In this document: in pieces, positions 52,855 to 62,509 of the stretch
Layout: every line of letters begins with the position of its first letter
How positions within the stretch are numbered: position 1 is the stretch's first letter
Source: Candidatus Humimonas hydrogenitrophica
Lineage (GTDB): Bacteria > Gemmatimonadota > Gemmatimonadetes > Palauibacterales > Palauibacteraceae
DNA: 64,000 nt
Assembly: GCA_947581615.1 (NCBI GenBank)
Contig: CANPVD010000064.1
Location: 53,071 to 117,070 of the forward strand
Direction of reading: 5' to 3'
Notes under the pieces: model-generated
Databases searched by the model: none
What the model was told of the DNA's origin: nothing
The model's input: only the letters and a program-made list of their open reading frames with translations
Position numbers and translations under genes: made by a program

Positions 52855-53673
52855 GTGGCTTCCGACCCCGGCCCCCTGTTCCGCGCGGGCGGTCCGTTCT
52901 TCCTCGTGGCGGGCCCGTGCGTGCTCGAGGACCGGGAGCTCAACCTGGCCGTGGCCCGCCACCTGGCCGACGTGTCGTCGCGCCTGGGGGTGCCCGTCGT
53001 GTTCAAGGCGTCCTTCGACAAGGCCAACCGGAGCCGCCTCGACTCGCCGCGCGGCCCCGGACTGGAGGCCGGCGTGGCCCTCCTGGGAGAGGTCCGCGAG
53101 GCCACCGGCCTGCCCGTCCTCACCGATGTGCACGAGTCCGTCCAGGTCGAGCGGATGGCCGGGGTCGTGGACGTGCTCCAGATCCCGGCGTTTCTGTGTC
53201 GACAGACGGATCTCATCCTGGCGGCGGCGGCGACGGGTCGGCCACTCAACCTCAAGAAAGGCCAGTGGATGGCGCCCGAGGAGATGGGCCTCGCCGTCCA
53301 GAAGGCCCGCGAGGGCGGTGCGGAGCGGCTGGCCGTGACGGAACGGGGCACCGCGTTCGGCTACGGTCGCTGGATCGTGGACATGCGGAGCTTCGAGCTC
53401 ATGCGCGAGGCGTGTGCGTGCCCGACCCTGTTCGACGCCACGCACGCGGTCCAGCTTCCGGGAGCGGCCGGGGGGAGCAGTGGGGGGGAGCGACGGTTCA
53501 TCGAAACCCTGGCCCGCGCCGCGGTGGCGGCCGGGGCCGACGGGCTCTACCTGGAGGTCCATCCGACTCCGGAGACCGCCCCCTCCGACGCCGCCAGCAT
53601 GCTCCCGCTCGACCGGCTCGAGCCGCTCCTGGCCCGCGCCCTGGAGATCCGCGAGGCGAGGGGCGGAGCGTGA
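52855..53673 (+). CDS. kdsA: 2-dehydro-3-deoxyphosphooctonate aldolase (KDO-8-phosphate synthase)
   Basis: GTG 2 nt after the pyrG stop. FFLVAGPCVLEDRE; VFKASFDKANRS; DVHE; about 272 aa. Confidence 0.88.
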   Translation: MASDPGPLFRAGGPFFLVAGPCVLEDRELNLAVARHLADVSSRLGVPVVFKASFDKANRSRLDSPRGPGLEAGVALLGEVREATGLPVLTDVHESVQVERMAGVVDVLQIPAFLCRQTDLILAAAATGRPLNLKKGQWMAPEEMGLAVQKAREGGAERLAVTERGTAFGYGRWIVDMRSFELMREACACPTLFDATHAVQLPGAAGGSSGGERRFIETLARAAVAAGADGLYLEVHPTPETAPSDAASMLPLDRLEPLLARALEIREARGGA

Positions 53674-54254
53674 GCGACCGCGACGACGTGTTCCGCAGGA
53701 TCGCCCGGCGTATCCGCCTGCTGGTGCTGGACGCCGACGGCGTCCTCACCGACGGCGGCATCTACGTGGCGGACGGCGTCGGGGGCGAACCCTTTCAGCT
53801 TCGACGGTTCCACGTCCGTGACGGGGTCGCCGTCCACCTACTGCGAGCGGCCGGCGTCGAGTCGGCGGTCGTTTCGGGACGCTCGTCCGCAGCGGTGCGG
53901 GAGAGGGCCCGGGAGCTGGGGATCGAGGAGGTCCACCAGGTTCGGCCCTGGGACAAGGTGTCCGTGGTCCGTGGCATGGCGGAGAAGCGCGACCTTCGGT
54001 GGAACGAGGTCGCGTGCCTGGCCGACGACCTCCCGGACCTGGCGCTCCTCGAGCACGTGGGCCTCCCGGCCGCCGTGGCGGACGCCGCACTGGAGGTGCG
54101 GGAAGTGGCCCTGTGGTGCTCGGAACGTCGAGGCGGGGACGGCGTGGTCAGGGAATTCGCCGAGGCCCTCCTGCGGGCTCGGGGTCAGTGGGAGGAACGG
54201 GTCGCGGCCTACGTGGCCCGGACCCGCGCCGGCGGCGAAGGGGAGGGGCCGTGA
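53670..54254 (+). CDS. kdsC: KDO-8-phosphate phosphatase (HAD family)
   Basis: GTG overlaps the kdsA stop (GTGA). HAD motif I LVLDADGVLTDG; 194 aa. Confidence 0.85.
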   Translation: MSDRDDVFRRIARRIRLLVLDADGVLTDGGIYVADGVGGEPFQLRRFHVRDGVAVHLLRAAGVESAVVSGRSSAAVRERARELGIEEVHQVRPWDKVSVVRGMAEKRDLRWNEVACLADDLPDLALLEHVGLPAAVADAALEVREVALWCSERRGGDGVVREFAEALLRARGQWEERVAAYVARTRAGGEGEGP

Positions 54255-55222
54255 CCGACGAGGAGATCCTGCGGCGCGGCCGCGAGGTGCTGGGCACCGA
54301 GGCGCAGGGCATCCGCGCGGTGGCCGGGCGCCTGGGTGAAGGCTTCGTGGAGGCCGTGCGCCGCATGGAGGCGTGCCGGGGACGCGTGGTGGTGACCGGG
54401 GTGGGAAAGTCCGGCGTGGTGGCGCGCAAGGTGGCCTCCACCCTGGCCTCGACGGGGACGCCCGCGCTGTTCCTCCATCCGGTGGACGGGGCGCACGGGG
54501 ACCTCGGCATGCTGGTGCGCGGCGATCTTCTCGTGGCCATCTCGAGAAGCGGGGAATCGGAGGAGATCGCGCGCCTGCTGCCGGCCGTGAAGCGGCTCGG
54601 AATCCCCGTCCTGGCCCTCACCGGCGCGCCCGGCTCGACGCTGGCCCGACACGCCGAGGTCGTGCTGGACGCCGGCGTACCCGAAGAGGCTTGTCCGCTG
54701 GACCTGGCGCCGACGGCCAGTTCGACCGCCGCCATGGCGCTGGGCGATGCGCTGGCCATGGCCCTCCTCGCCGTGCGCGGCTTCGATGCCGAGGACTTCG
54801 CGCGCCTCCACCCGGCCGGCAGCCTGGGTCGCCGCCTGCTCTGGAGGGTTCGCGACGTCATGCTGGCCGACCCCGAGCAGGTGCCGTCGCTCCCGCCGGA
54901 GGCCACCCTGGAGCTGGCCATGCGGGAGATCGCGCACCGTCGGGGGACGGTGCCGGTCCTGGACGGCGCGGGGATCGTCGTGGGAGTGATCACCGCCGGT
55001 GACCTGACGCGCTACGCCGAGACCCACCCCGACTTCCTGGGCCGCCCGGTGGCCGAGGCCATGACGGGCCACGCGCGGCTCATCGACCCGGACGCCCTCG
55101 CGGCGGAAGCCGTACGGGTCATGGAGGAGCACGGCATCATGGCGCTTCCCGTGGTGGACCCCGGCCGCCGCCTCCTGGGCATCGTGCACCTGCACGATCT
55201 CCTGCGGGCGGGGGTCGCGTGA
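54251..55222 (+). CDS. kdsD: Arabinose-5-phosphate isomerase (SIS + tandem CBS)
   Basis: GTG overlaps the kdsC stop (GTGA). SIS motif VVTGVGKSG; C-terminal CBS pair; 323 aa. Confidence 0.88.
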   Translation: MTDEEILRRGREVLGTEAQGIRAVAGRLGEGFVEAVRRMEACRGRVVVTGVGKSGVVARKVASTLASTGTPALFLHPVDGAHGDLGMLVRGDLLVAISRSGESEEIARLLPAVKRLGIPVLALTGAPGSTLARHAEVVLDAGVPEEACPLDLAPTASSTAAMALGDALAMALLAVRGFDAEDFARLHPAGSLGRRLLWRVRDVMLADPEQVPSLPPEATLELAMREIAHRRGTVPVLDGAGIVVGVITAGDLTRYAETHPDFLGRPVAEAMTGHARLIDPDALAAEAVRVMEEHGIMALPVVDPGRRLLGIVHLHDLLRAGVA

Positions 55223-55785
55223 GGCGGTTCTCGGTGCTGGCGGCGGTGCTGCTCGCCGAGGCGGCGGCATGCGGCGGCGACCACAGGGTCGATGTAGCCA
55301 GCCCCGACCTCCTGCAGCTCGACGCGGACCAGGTCATGGTCGGAGTCGAGCACACGATGACCCGGGACGGGGTCCGGCGCGCCCACCTGCAGGCCGATAC
55401 GGCCTACTTCCTCCAGAACGGCTCCGTGGCCCACTTCCGTCGTTATCGCATCGACTTCTTCGACGGGGCGGGGGACCGCCGCTCGACGCTCACGGCGGTG
55501 GACGGCCTGTACGACATGAAGTCCGGCGACATGACGGCCAGCGACGACGTGGTGGTGGTCGACTCGACCGGCGGGCAGCGGCTGCTGACGTCCCGGCTGC
55601 ACTTCGACGCGTCCACGGATCGACTCCGCGGCGACACCACCTTCGTGTTGTACCGCGGTCGTGACACGCTGCGTGGCCGCGGCTTCGTGACGGACCCCGG
55701 GCTCGACACCGTCCGGGTGACGCGTCCCGCGGCGGTCTCGCCGCCGGACACGACGGCCGCCGGGATCCCGACGCGGAACCCGTGA
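55219..55785 (+). CDS. lptC: LPS export protein LptC-like (N-terminal membrane anchor)
   Basis: GTG overlaps the kdsD stop. 188 aa; N-terminal hydrophobic anchor then a beta-rich domain. Conserved position between kdsD and lptA. Confidence 0.65.
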   Translation: MRRFSVLAAVLLAEAAACGGDHRVDVASPDLLQLDADQVMVGVEHTMTRDGVRRAHLQADTAYFLQNGSVAHFRRYRIDFFDGAGDRRSTLTAVDGLYDMKSGDMTASDDVVVVDSTGGQRLLTSRLHFDASTDRLRGDTTFVLYRGRDTLRGRGFVTDPGLDTVRVTRPAAVSPPDTTAAGIPTRNP

Positions 55786-57374
55786 GATCCTTGCTCCGGG
55801 CGCTCGTCGCCGCCGTGCTGGGGGTGGCCCTGGGCGCCGGGGCGCTGGCCGGGCAGGGCGCGGACACGGCCGGGAGTCCCGGGTCCAGGTCCTGTACGCT
55901 CATCCTCCTCCCGCGGGGGGACAGCACGCGCATGGTCAGTCACCGGGTGGGCCCCGACCAGTACGTGACGCACGTGGGGGGCGGGCTGCGCTGGACGTGC
56001 GGATCGGCGCGCATGGCCGCCGACAGCGGCATCAAGTACGACCGGGAGCGCCGAATCGAGCTGATCCGAGCGGTCGACTACCGGGATAGCGTTCGGACCC
56101 TCACCGCCGACTCGCTAAACTACTGGCAGGACCGCGACCGGATCGTGGCCTACGGGCACGTCCGCCTCGTGCGCCTCGCTTCGAAGTCCGTGCTGACGGG
56201 TCCCCGGGTCGAGTTCCTTCGCTCCGGGGGCGGCGGCGAGCAGCGCACGGTAGCCACGGGCCGTCCCCACCTCACCGTCCGCGACACGACGGGGAAGGGG
56301 CCGCCGGCGGAGATCGATGCGGACCGGATGGTCTTCGTGGGCGAGTCGGACGTCCGCATGCGCGGCGACGTGCGCATCGTACGGGGCAAGACCCGGGCAC
56401 GTTCGGACAGCGCGATCTACCTGGCCGACGCGCACGAGGGACGGCTCCTGGGGAACCCGGTCGTGACGAGCGAGCAGTTCCGGCTTGCCGGCAGCGTGAT
56501 CTCCGCCGTGATCGACTCCGGAAAAGTGCGGACCGTGACCTCGCGGGGCGAGGCCCAGGCGTCCGGGGAGTCCTTCCGGCTGTTCGCCGATGCCATCGAC
56601 GCCCGCGTGGCGGGGGAGCGCATCGAGCGCCTGTGGGCCCATGGCCCGAAGCCCGCCCTGGCCGTCTCGGCTCCGTACCGGCTGGACGGGGACTCCCTGG
56701 TGTTCGCTTTCCGGGACGGGGATATCGACAGTCTCGTGTCCGTGGGTGGCTCCAGTGCCGTCGAAGTCGGAGACACCGCCGCCGACACGCTCGGGGGCTC
56801 GGCCCGGGGCTCCCCGCCAACCGCCTCGGCCGGAGACCGCAACTGGGTCCGGGGCGACACCCTGCAGCTGGCTTTCGCGCGGGCAGATTCGGGGGGCTCG
56901 GCGGTCGACTCGCTGTCCGCGGACACCGTGGGCGTCCGGACCGACACGATCACCGAAGCGGGAAGGCCCGCCGACAGCACCGCCGCGGGGAGCGGCGCAG
57001 CGGCCGGCGCGGCGGGGGATACGACGCCCGGCTCCGGCGGCCGCCACCGCCAGCTCCGGACGATCCGGGCCGCGGGGGATGCCCGGGCGTACTACCTTGT
57101 GCCCCGCGACTCCGCCGAGGGCGGGGGAGATGCCAGGAACTACCTGATCGGCAAGGAGATCCTCGTGCACTTCGCCGACGGCCAGGCCAGGCAGGTGACC
57201 GGGCGCGACGCCATCGGGGTGTTCCTGGACCCGAACGCTCCGGGCGAGGGCCCGGCGCCCACTCCGGTGCCAGCGGGCGACACGGTGCCCGTGCGGCCCG
57301 ATACGACGCGGGGCGCGGGCGCCGGGAGCGGATCGGCCGGACGCCGCACCGCGGGCCGACGAGGCCGCTCGTGA
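55782..57374 (+). CDS. lptA: LptA/OstA-family periplasmic LPS-transport protein, unusually long (530 aa) with extended beta-jellyroll and Gly/Ala/Ser-rich tail
   Basis: Signal peptide [24 protein letters not shown]. OstA-like repeats spread over about 380 aa, then a low-complexity tail. Conserved position 5' of lptB. Confidence 0.7.
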   Translation: MRSLLRALVAAVLGVALGAGALAGQGADTAGSPGSRSCTLILLPRGDSTRMVSHRVGPDQYVTHVGGGLRWTCGSARMAADSGIKYDRERRIELIRAVDYRDSVRTLTADSLNYWQDRDRIVAYGHVRLVRLASKSVLTGPRVEFLRSGGGGEQRTVATGRPHLTVRDTTGKGPPAEIDADRMVFVGESDVRMRGDVRIVRGKTRARSDSAIYLADAHEGRLLGNPVVTSEQFRLAGSVISAVIDSGKVRTVTSRGEAQASGESFRLFADAIDARVAGERIERLWAHGPKPALAVSAPYRLDGDSLVFAFRDGDIDSLVSVGGSSAVEVGDTAADTLGGSARGSPPTASAGDRNWVRGDTLQLAFARADSGGSAVDSLSADTVGVRTDTITEAGRPADSTAAGSGAAAGAAGDTTPGSGGRHRQLRTIRAAGDARAYYLVPRDSAEGGGDARNYLIGKEILVHFADGQARQVTGRDAIGVFLDPNAPGEGPAPTPVPAGDTVPVRPDTTRGAGAGSGSAGRRTAGRRGRS

Positions 57375-58204
57375 ACCGGGGCGACGACAGCCCGGCGCCG
57401 ACCGCGGGCGCAACGGACCGGCCGTACCGTGTCGCCGGCGGCGAGCGGCGAGCCGCCCCGGGCGAGAACGTGCCGGAGGGCGCCAGCGTCCTGCGGGCCG
57501 AGGGGCTGGTCAAGGCGTTCAAGAAGCGCCGAGTGGTCGACGACGTCGACCTCAGCCTCTGGCAGGGCGAGATCGTGGGCCTGCTCGGTCCCAACGGAGC
57601 CGGAAAGACGACCACTTTCTACATGATCGTGGGCCTCCTGCAGGCGGACGAGGGCCACGTCATGCTGGACGACGTCGAGCTCACCGATGTCCCCATGTAT
57701 CGCCGTGCCCGCGCCGGCATCGGCTACCTCTCCCAGGAACCGTCGATCTTCCGGAAGCTGACGGTCGAGGAGAACGTCATGGCCATCCTGGAGACGCTCG
57801 ACATCGACGCGGCGGAGCGCCGCCGCCGTCTCGAGTCGCTGCTGGACGAGCTGTCGATCAAGCACCTGCGGGACACCCGGGCCTACTCTCTCTCGGGGGG
57901 CGAGCGTCGCCGCCTCGAGATCACCCGCGCCCTGGTCACCTCCCCCAAGTTCATGCTCCTCGACGAGCCGTTCGCCGGAGTGGACCCGATCGCGGTCGAC
58001 GACATCCAGCGGATCGTGGCCGAGCTCAGGGAGAAGGGGCTCGGCGTACTGGTGACCGACCACAACGTCCGGGAGACGCTCTCGATCACCGATCGGGCCT
58101 ACATCATGTTCAACGGACGCATTCACATCGAGGGGCCCGCCGAGGTGCTCGTGAACGATCCAGAGGCGCGCAAGATGTATCTGGGGCAAGACTTCAGACT
58201 GTAA
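57371..58204 (+). CDS. lptB: LPS export ABC transporter ATPase LptB
   Basis: Walker [13 protein letters not shown]; signature [15 protein letters not shown]; Walker [12 protein letters not shown]. The GTG at 57371 overlaps the lptA stop and adds about 35 low-complexity N-terminal residues; alternative GTG starts lie at 57470 and 57488. Confidence 0.85.
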   Translation: MNRGDDSPAPTAGATDRPYRVAGGERRAAPGENVPEGASVLRAEGLVKAFKKRRVVDDVDLSLWQGEIVGLLGPNGAGKTTTFYMIVGLLQADEGHVMLDDVELTDVPMYRRARAGIGYLSQEPSIFRKLTVEENVMAILETLDIDAAERRRRLESLLDELSIKHLRDTRAYSLSGGERRRLEITRALVTSPKFMLLDEPFAGVDPIAVDDIQRIVAELREKGLGVLVTDHNVRETLSITDRAYIMFNGRIHIEGPAEVLVNDPEARKMYLGQDFRL

Positions 58205-58435
58205 TCCCTCCCGACGTCCCGCGCCGCCACGCGGCGGTCGCGGTCCCTGCGCAAGATGCGTGCGCGCCCATCAAGCGGTATCTTCCAACACTCGTGCCAG
58301 CGCGACGACGCGAGGGCCTCGGGCTAGCGCGCGAGCGGCGGGGCCGGCGGAACCGGGCCGGGCGGTCGCCGCGCGACTCCAGGAACGTGGAACGGCATGG
58401 CGAACGTGAGAGGCGGGCTTTCCCAGGAAGTCCGC

Positions 58436-59839
58436 ATGAAGCAGGAGATGAAGGTCAATCCCCGCCTTTACCAGGCGATGGATCTCCTGTACATGCCGCT
58501 CCTGGACCTCCAGCAGCACCTCAAGCAGGAGCTGGTGGCCAATCCGTTCCTCGATCTCGTCGAACCGGGCGAGGACGGCGACCTCCTCGAAGAGGACAAC
58601 AACGAGGAGCTCGACGAGGACGAGATCGACTGGGAGGAGATCCTCCTCGACGGCTTCGATGCCGGCGGGCGCCAGGCCGAGTACGAGGAGAAGGAGTTCT
58701 ATCGGCCGACCCCGTCCACCACGGAAGACCTCTGGGACCACCTTCGAGACCAGCTCCAGCTACTGCGCCTCACGCCCCGGGAGCTGCTGCTGGGCGAGGA
58801 GGTCATCGGCAACATCGACCGGGACGGCTTCCTCACCTGCTCGATCGAGGAGCTCATCCAGTCCATCAACGACTTCCTCGAGGAGACGGACAACGCTGCC
58901 TGGAACGGCACCGCGCCCTACACGCTCGAAGATGGTCGCAGGGCTCTGGAGGTGATCCAGGGCTTCGATCCGCCCGGCGTCGGGGCGCGGGACCTGCGCG
59001 AATGCCTGCTGCTGCAATTGCGCGCCCGCAAGGAGCAGGAGACGCTCGCGTACCGGATCGTGCGGGACCACTTCGAGGAGCTCGTCAACCACCGATGGAG
59101 CGAGCTCTCCAAGGAGCACGGGATCTCCGCCCGGGAGGTCCAGACGGCGGCGGACCAGATCTCCAAGCTCGATCCGAAGCCCGGTCTGAAGTACGCCGAC
59201 ATGCGCGACAACTACGTCACTCCGGACCTCATCGTCGAGAAGATCGGGGGCGAGTACTACGTGTTCCACAACGACACGTCGCTCCCTCGTCTCAGGCTGT
59301 CGAGAGCCTACCGGGAGGTCGCCCGGGACAAGAGCAAGTTCCAGGGCGACAACAAGGCGTTCATCTCCAAGAAACTCAACAGCGCCCAGTGGATGATCCA
59401 GGCCATCGAGCAGCGGCGTCAGACCATGCTCAAGGTCATGAACTTCATCGTGGACCGGCAGCGTGAGTTTTTCGAGAAGGGCGTCGAGCACCTGCGTCCC
59501 CTGACCCTGCGCGAGGTGGCCGAGCACATCGACATGCACGAGTCGACCGTGTCGCGGGTCACGAACGAGAAGTACGCGCAAACACCCCGCGGCGTGCTGC
59601 CGCTCAAGTTCTTCTTCTCGAGCGGGCTGTCCACCGACTACGGCGAGGACGTCTCGGCCCGGGGCGTGCGGGCCAAGATCAAGAAGCTCGTCGAGGAGGA
59701 GGATCCCCACGATCCCCTGACCGACCAGTCCATCGTGGACAAGCTGAAGGAGGACGGTGTGCAGATCGCGCGTCGCACGGTGGCCAAGTACCGTGATCAG
59801 CTGGGGATTCTCTCGGCGCGCATGCGCAAGAGGGTATGA
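58436..59839 (+). CDS. rpoN: RNA polymerase sigma-54 factor
   Basis: MKQEMKVNPRLYQAMDLLYMPLLDLQQ (region I); C-terminal RpoN box ARRTVAKYR. aggaag RBS at 58436; an upstream ATG at 58397 is also in frame. Confidence 0.9.
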   Translation: MKQEMKVNPRLYQAMDLLYMPLLDLQQHLKQELVANPFLDLVEPGEDGDLLEEDNNEELDEDEIDWEEILLDGFDAGGRQAEYEEKEFYRPTPSTTEDLWDHLRDQLQLLRLTPRELLLGEEVIGNIDRDGFLTCSIEELIQSINDFLEETDNAAWNGTAPYTLEDGRRALEVIQGFDPPGVGARDLRECLLLQLRARKEQETLAYRIVRDHFEELVNHRWSELSKEHGISAREVQTAADQISKLDPKPGLKYADMRDNYVTPDLIVEKIGGEYYVFHNDTSLPRLRLSRAYREVARDKSKFQGDNKAFISKKLNSAQWMIQAIEQRRQTMLKVMNFIVDRQREFFEKGVEHLRPLTLREVAEHIDMHESTVSRVTNEKYAQTPRGVLPLKFFFSSGLSTDYGEDVSARGVRAKIKKLVEEEDPHDPLTDQSIVDKLKEDGVQIARRTVAKYRDQLGILSARMRKRV

Positions 59840-60804
59840 GCGGGCCTCCACCGCCGGGCCCCGGTCCGGCGTCTCCCGACGCGCCCCGCGTCTCCATCCT
59901 CGTCCCCGCCTTCGACGAGGCCTCCAACATGCCCGAGCTGTTCGCGGAGCTGGGTCGGGTGATCCGGCAGGGAGGGCTGTCCGCCGAGGTCATCCTCGTC
60001 GACGACGGATCGCGCGACGGCACGCTCGAGGCCGCGCGCCGTGCGGCGGACGCCGCCGGACTGAGCGACGTGCGCTTTCTCCGGCACCGGCGCAATCGCG
60101 GCAAGACCGACGCGCTGCTCACGGGAGCCCGGGCGGCGCGCGGCGAGTATCTCGTCCTGTTCGATGCCGACCTCCAGCACGCGCCCGCCGAGATTCCCCG
60201 TTTCGTCGCGGAGCTCGACCGCGGCTACGACATGGTGGTGGGACGCAAGGTGGGACGCTACCAGAAGCGATTCGTGTCGGGGATCTACAACTGGCTGGCC
60301 CGGCGGATTTTCGGGGTTCCGGTTCACGACCTGAACGCCATGAAGGCCTTCCGGCGGGAGGTGCTGGACGAAGTCCGGCTACGCAGCGACTGGCACCGCT
60401 ACCTGGTCGTGCTCGCCCATGCGCGGGGCTTCCGGGTGACCGAGATCGACGTGGAGCTCCACCCTCGCCGTCACGGCACCTCCAAGTACTCGGGGCAGGG
60501 TCGCATCGTCGTCGGAACCCTGGACCTCCTGAGCGTGTGGTTCCAGCTGGTGTTCAGCCGGCGGCCCATGCTCCTGTTCGGGGTGACAGGCCTGGTCCTG
60601 CTCGGCGCGGGAGCCGTCGTGGGGCTGGTGGCCGTCTATCTCCGGTTCGTGCTCGACACCGGCTATCGTCCACTCCTCACCCTGGTGCTCCTCCTCGTCG
60701 TCGTGGGACTCCTCCTGTTCGCGGTCGGGTTCCTGGCCGAGCTGATCGCGTCCCTGCGGGGGGAGGTCGACGATCTCCGCCAGCGGCTCGACGAGCGGCC
60801 ATGA
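59836..60804 (+). CDS. GT2 polyprenyl-phosphate glycosyltransferase (DPM1/ArnC/GtrB-like) with two C-terminal TM helices
   Basis: ATG overlaps the rpoN stop (ATGA). GT-A motifs ILVPAFDEA, VILVDDGSRDGT and DADLQH (DxD); C-terminal TM hairpin. Confidence 0.82.
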   Translation: MSGPPPPGPGPASPDAPRVSILVPAFDEASNMPELFAELGRVIRQGGLSAEVILVDDGSRDGTLEAARRAADAAGLSDVRFLRHRRNRGKTDALLTGARAARGEYLVLFDADLQHAPAEIPRFVAELDRGYDMVVGRKVGRYQKRFVSGIYNWLARRIFGVPVHDLNAMKAFRREVLDEVRLRSDWHRYLVVLAHARGFRVTEIDVELHPRRHGTSKYSGQGRIVVGTLDLLSVWFQLVFSRRPMLLFGVTGLVLLGAGAVVGLVAVYLRFVLDTGYRPLLTLVLLLVVVGLLLFAVGFLAELIASLRGEVDDLRQRLDERP

Positions 60805-60832
60805 GACAGGTCGTCGCGGTGCCCGGACGCCC

Positions 60833-62509
60833 GTGAGCGAAGCCGCCGGGCGTGCCGCGGAGCCGCGGCGCTTCGGGGGACTCACGCCGCGCGGGTGGCT
60901 CGCCGTGGCCTGCGCGGTCCACGTCGTGGCGGGACTGCTGCTGTTCGAGCCCACCCTGTTCCCGGGCGGGGACAACGCCGGGTACATGATCCTGGGCCGG
61001 GCGCTGCGCACCTTCCGGGGCTACCGTGACCTGTATCTGCCCGCCATACCCCTCCACACCAAGTATCCGCCGGCCTATCCCGCCCTCCTCGCGGTGCTGG
61101 GCTGGGCGGGAGGCGTGCAGCTGTTCAAGCTGGCCTCCCTGGCGCTCACCACGGCCGCCGTGGCGATCACCGGCCTGATCGGGCGCCGATGGCTGGGCGC
61201 GGCCGGGGGTGTGCTGGCCGCATTCGTAGTGGCGCTGAACCCCGTGCTGCTCGAGTACGGCCACTACGTCCTCTCGGAGGCCCCGTTCGTGGCTCTGGTG
61301 CTGTTCTCGTTGTGGGCGCTCTCGGAGGGATCTGCGCTCCCGGCCTGGGCCGGCTACGCGGCGGTGGCCGCCGCCTTCCTGACGCGCACGGCCGGCCTTC
61401 CGCTCCTCGGCGCGGCCGTGCTGGCTCCGCTCCTGGCCCGCCGCTGGAGGCGTGCCGGAGTGGCGCTGGCCGTGGCCGTGTTGGCGGCGGGAGGCTGGAG
61501 CCTCTACCAGCACCTGGCCGCGCCCGACCAGGCGGGTTACCTGCGCCAGCTCGTCCTGGCCAATCCCTACGATCCGTCCGCGGGTACGGTGGGCGTGGCG
61601 GGCCTGGTGACGCGCGGGGCGCGGAATCTGTGGAGCTACGTCTCCGGAATCCTGCCCGGCTCCCTCACGGGCGGGGGCGCCCCCGCGGGCGCCCCCGGGG
61701 CGGGAGCGGGCCTCCTGAGGCTCACCGGGCTCCTGCTGGCGGCTCTCGGCGTCACGGGCTGGGTCCACCGCGCCCTGCGGCGGCTGGACGTGGCCGAGCT
61801 GTTCACCCTCCTGTATGGGGCCGAGATCGCGCTGTGGCCTTCGGTGTGGACGGACCGGCGCTTCCTGCTGCCCGTGCTGCCCCTGGTGCTCCTCTACGTC
61901 CTGGTGGGCGCCCGGGCGGCCGCGATGGGGGCGCTCCGGCGAGGTGGGCGACCGTCCGCGGCCGGGTCACGGGCCGCCCGGCTGGGCGGCGCCGTGGCGG
62001 CGGTCGCCATGCTGCTGCCCGGCGCCGTCTACCTGTTCTCGACCGCGCCCGGCCGCGTCCGCTGCATCGCCGATTATCGTGCCGGAACGCCGTGCGAGGC
62101 TCCGGCCATGTCGAGCTTCTACGCGGCGGCGCGCTGGGCGCGCGACAATCTGCCGCCGGATGCCGTCGTGGCCAACCGCAAGCCCCGCCTGTTCTACTGG
62201 TTCTCGACTCGGCGGGGCGACGTATACCGGTTCACGTCGGACACGGATCTCCTGCTCAACGGCCTGGATGCGATGGGGACCGGCTACGTGGTGCTGGACG
62301 CCATCTCGGCCACCACGTACCAGTACCTGGTGCCGGCGGTGCGGTCCCACGCCGAGCGTTTCACGGTGGTGTACCGGAACGGGGATCCGCCGACCTGGAT
62401 CCTCGCCTACCGGTCGCCCGGGGGCACCGCGCTGGGGCCGCCGTCACCGGGAGGCGCCGATCCGGGGAGCGCCGCGCGGGGAAGAACGGGGAGCCGGGCC
62501 GCCCGATGA
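60833..62509 (+). CDS. GT-C fold polytopic membrane glycosyltransferase (ArnT/PMT-like, GT39/GT83-type), putative
   Basis: 558 aa; about 11 TM helices; acidic first periplasmic loop (FPGGDNAGYM); soluble C-terminal domain of about 150 aa. Classified by architecture only. Confidence 0.55.
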   Translation: MSEAAGRAAEPRRFGGLTPRGWLAVACAVHVVAGLLLFEPTLFPGGDNAGYMILGRALRTFRGYRDLYLPAIPLHTKYPPAYPALLAVLGWAGGVQLFKLASLALTTAAVAITGLIGRRWLGAAGGVLAAFVVALNPVLLEYGHYVLSEAPFVALVLFSLWALSEGSALPAWAGYAAVAAAFLTRTAGLPLLGAAVLAPLLARRWRRAGVALAVAVLAAGGWSLYQHLAAPDQAGYLRQLVLANPYDPSAGTVGVAGLVTRGARNLWSYVSGILPGSLTGGGAPAGAPGAGAGLLRLTGLLLAALGVTGWVHRALRRLDVAELFTLLYGAEIALWPSVWTDRRFLLPVLPLVLLYVLVGARAAAMGALRRGGRPSAAGSRAARLGGAVAAVAMLLPGAVYLFSTAPGRVRCIADYRAGTPCEAPAMSSFYAAARWARDNLPPDAVVANRKPRLFYWFSTRRGDVYRFTSDTDLLLNGLDAMGTGYVVLDAISATTYQYLVPAVRSHAERFTVVYRNGDPPTWILAYRSPGGTALGPPSPGGADPGSAARGRTGSRAAR

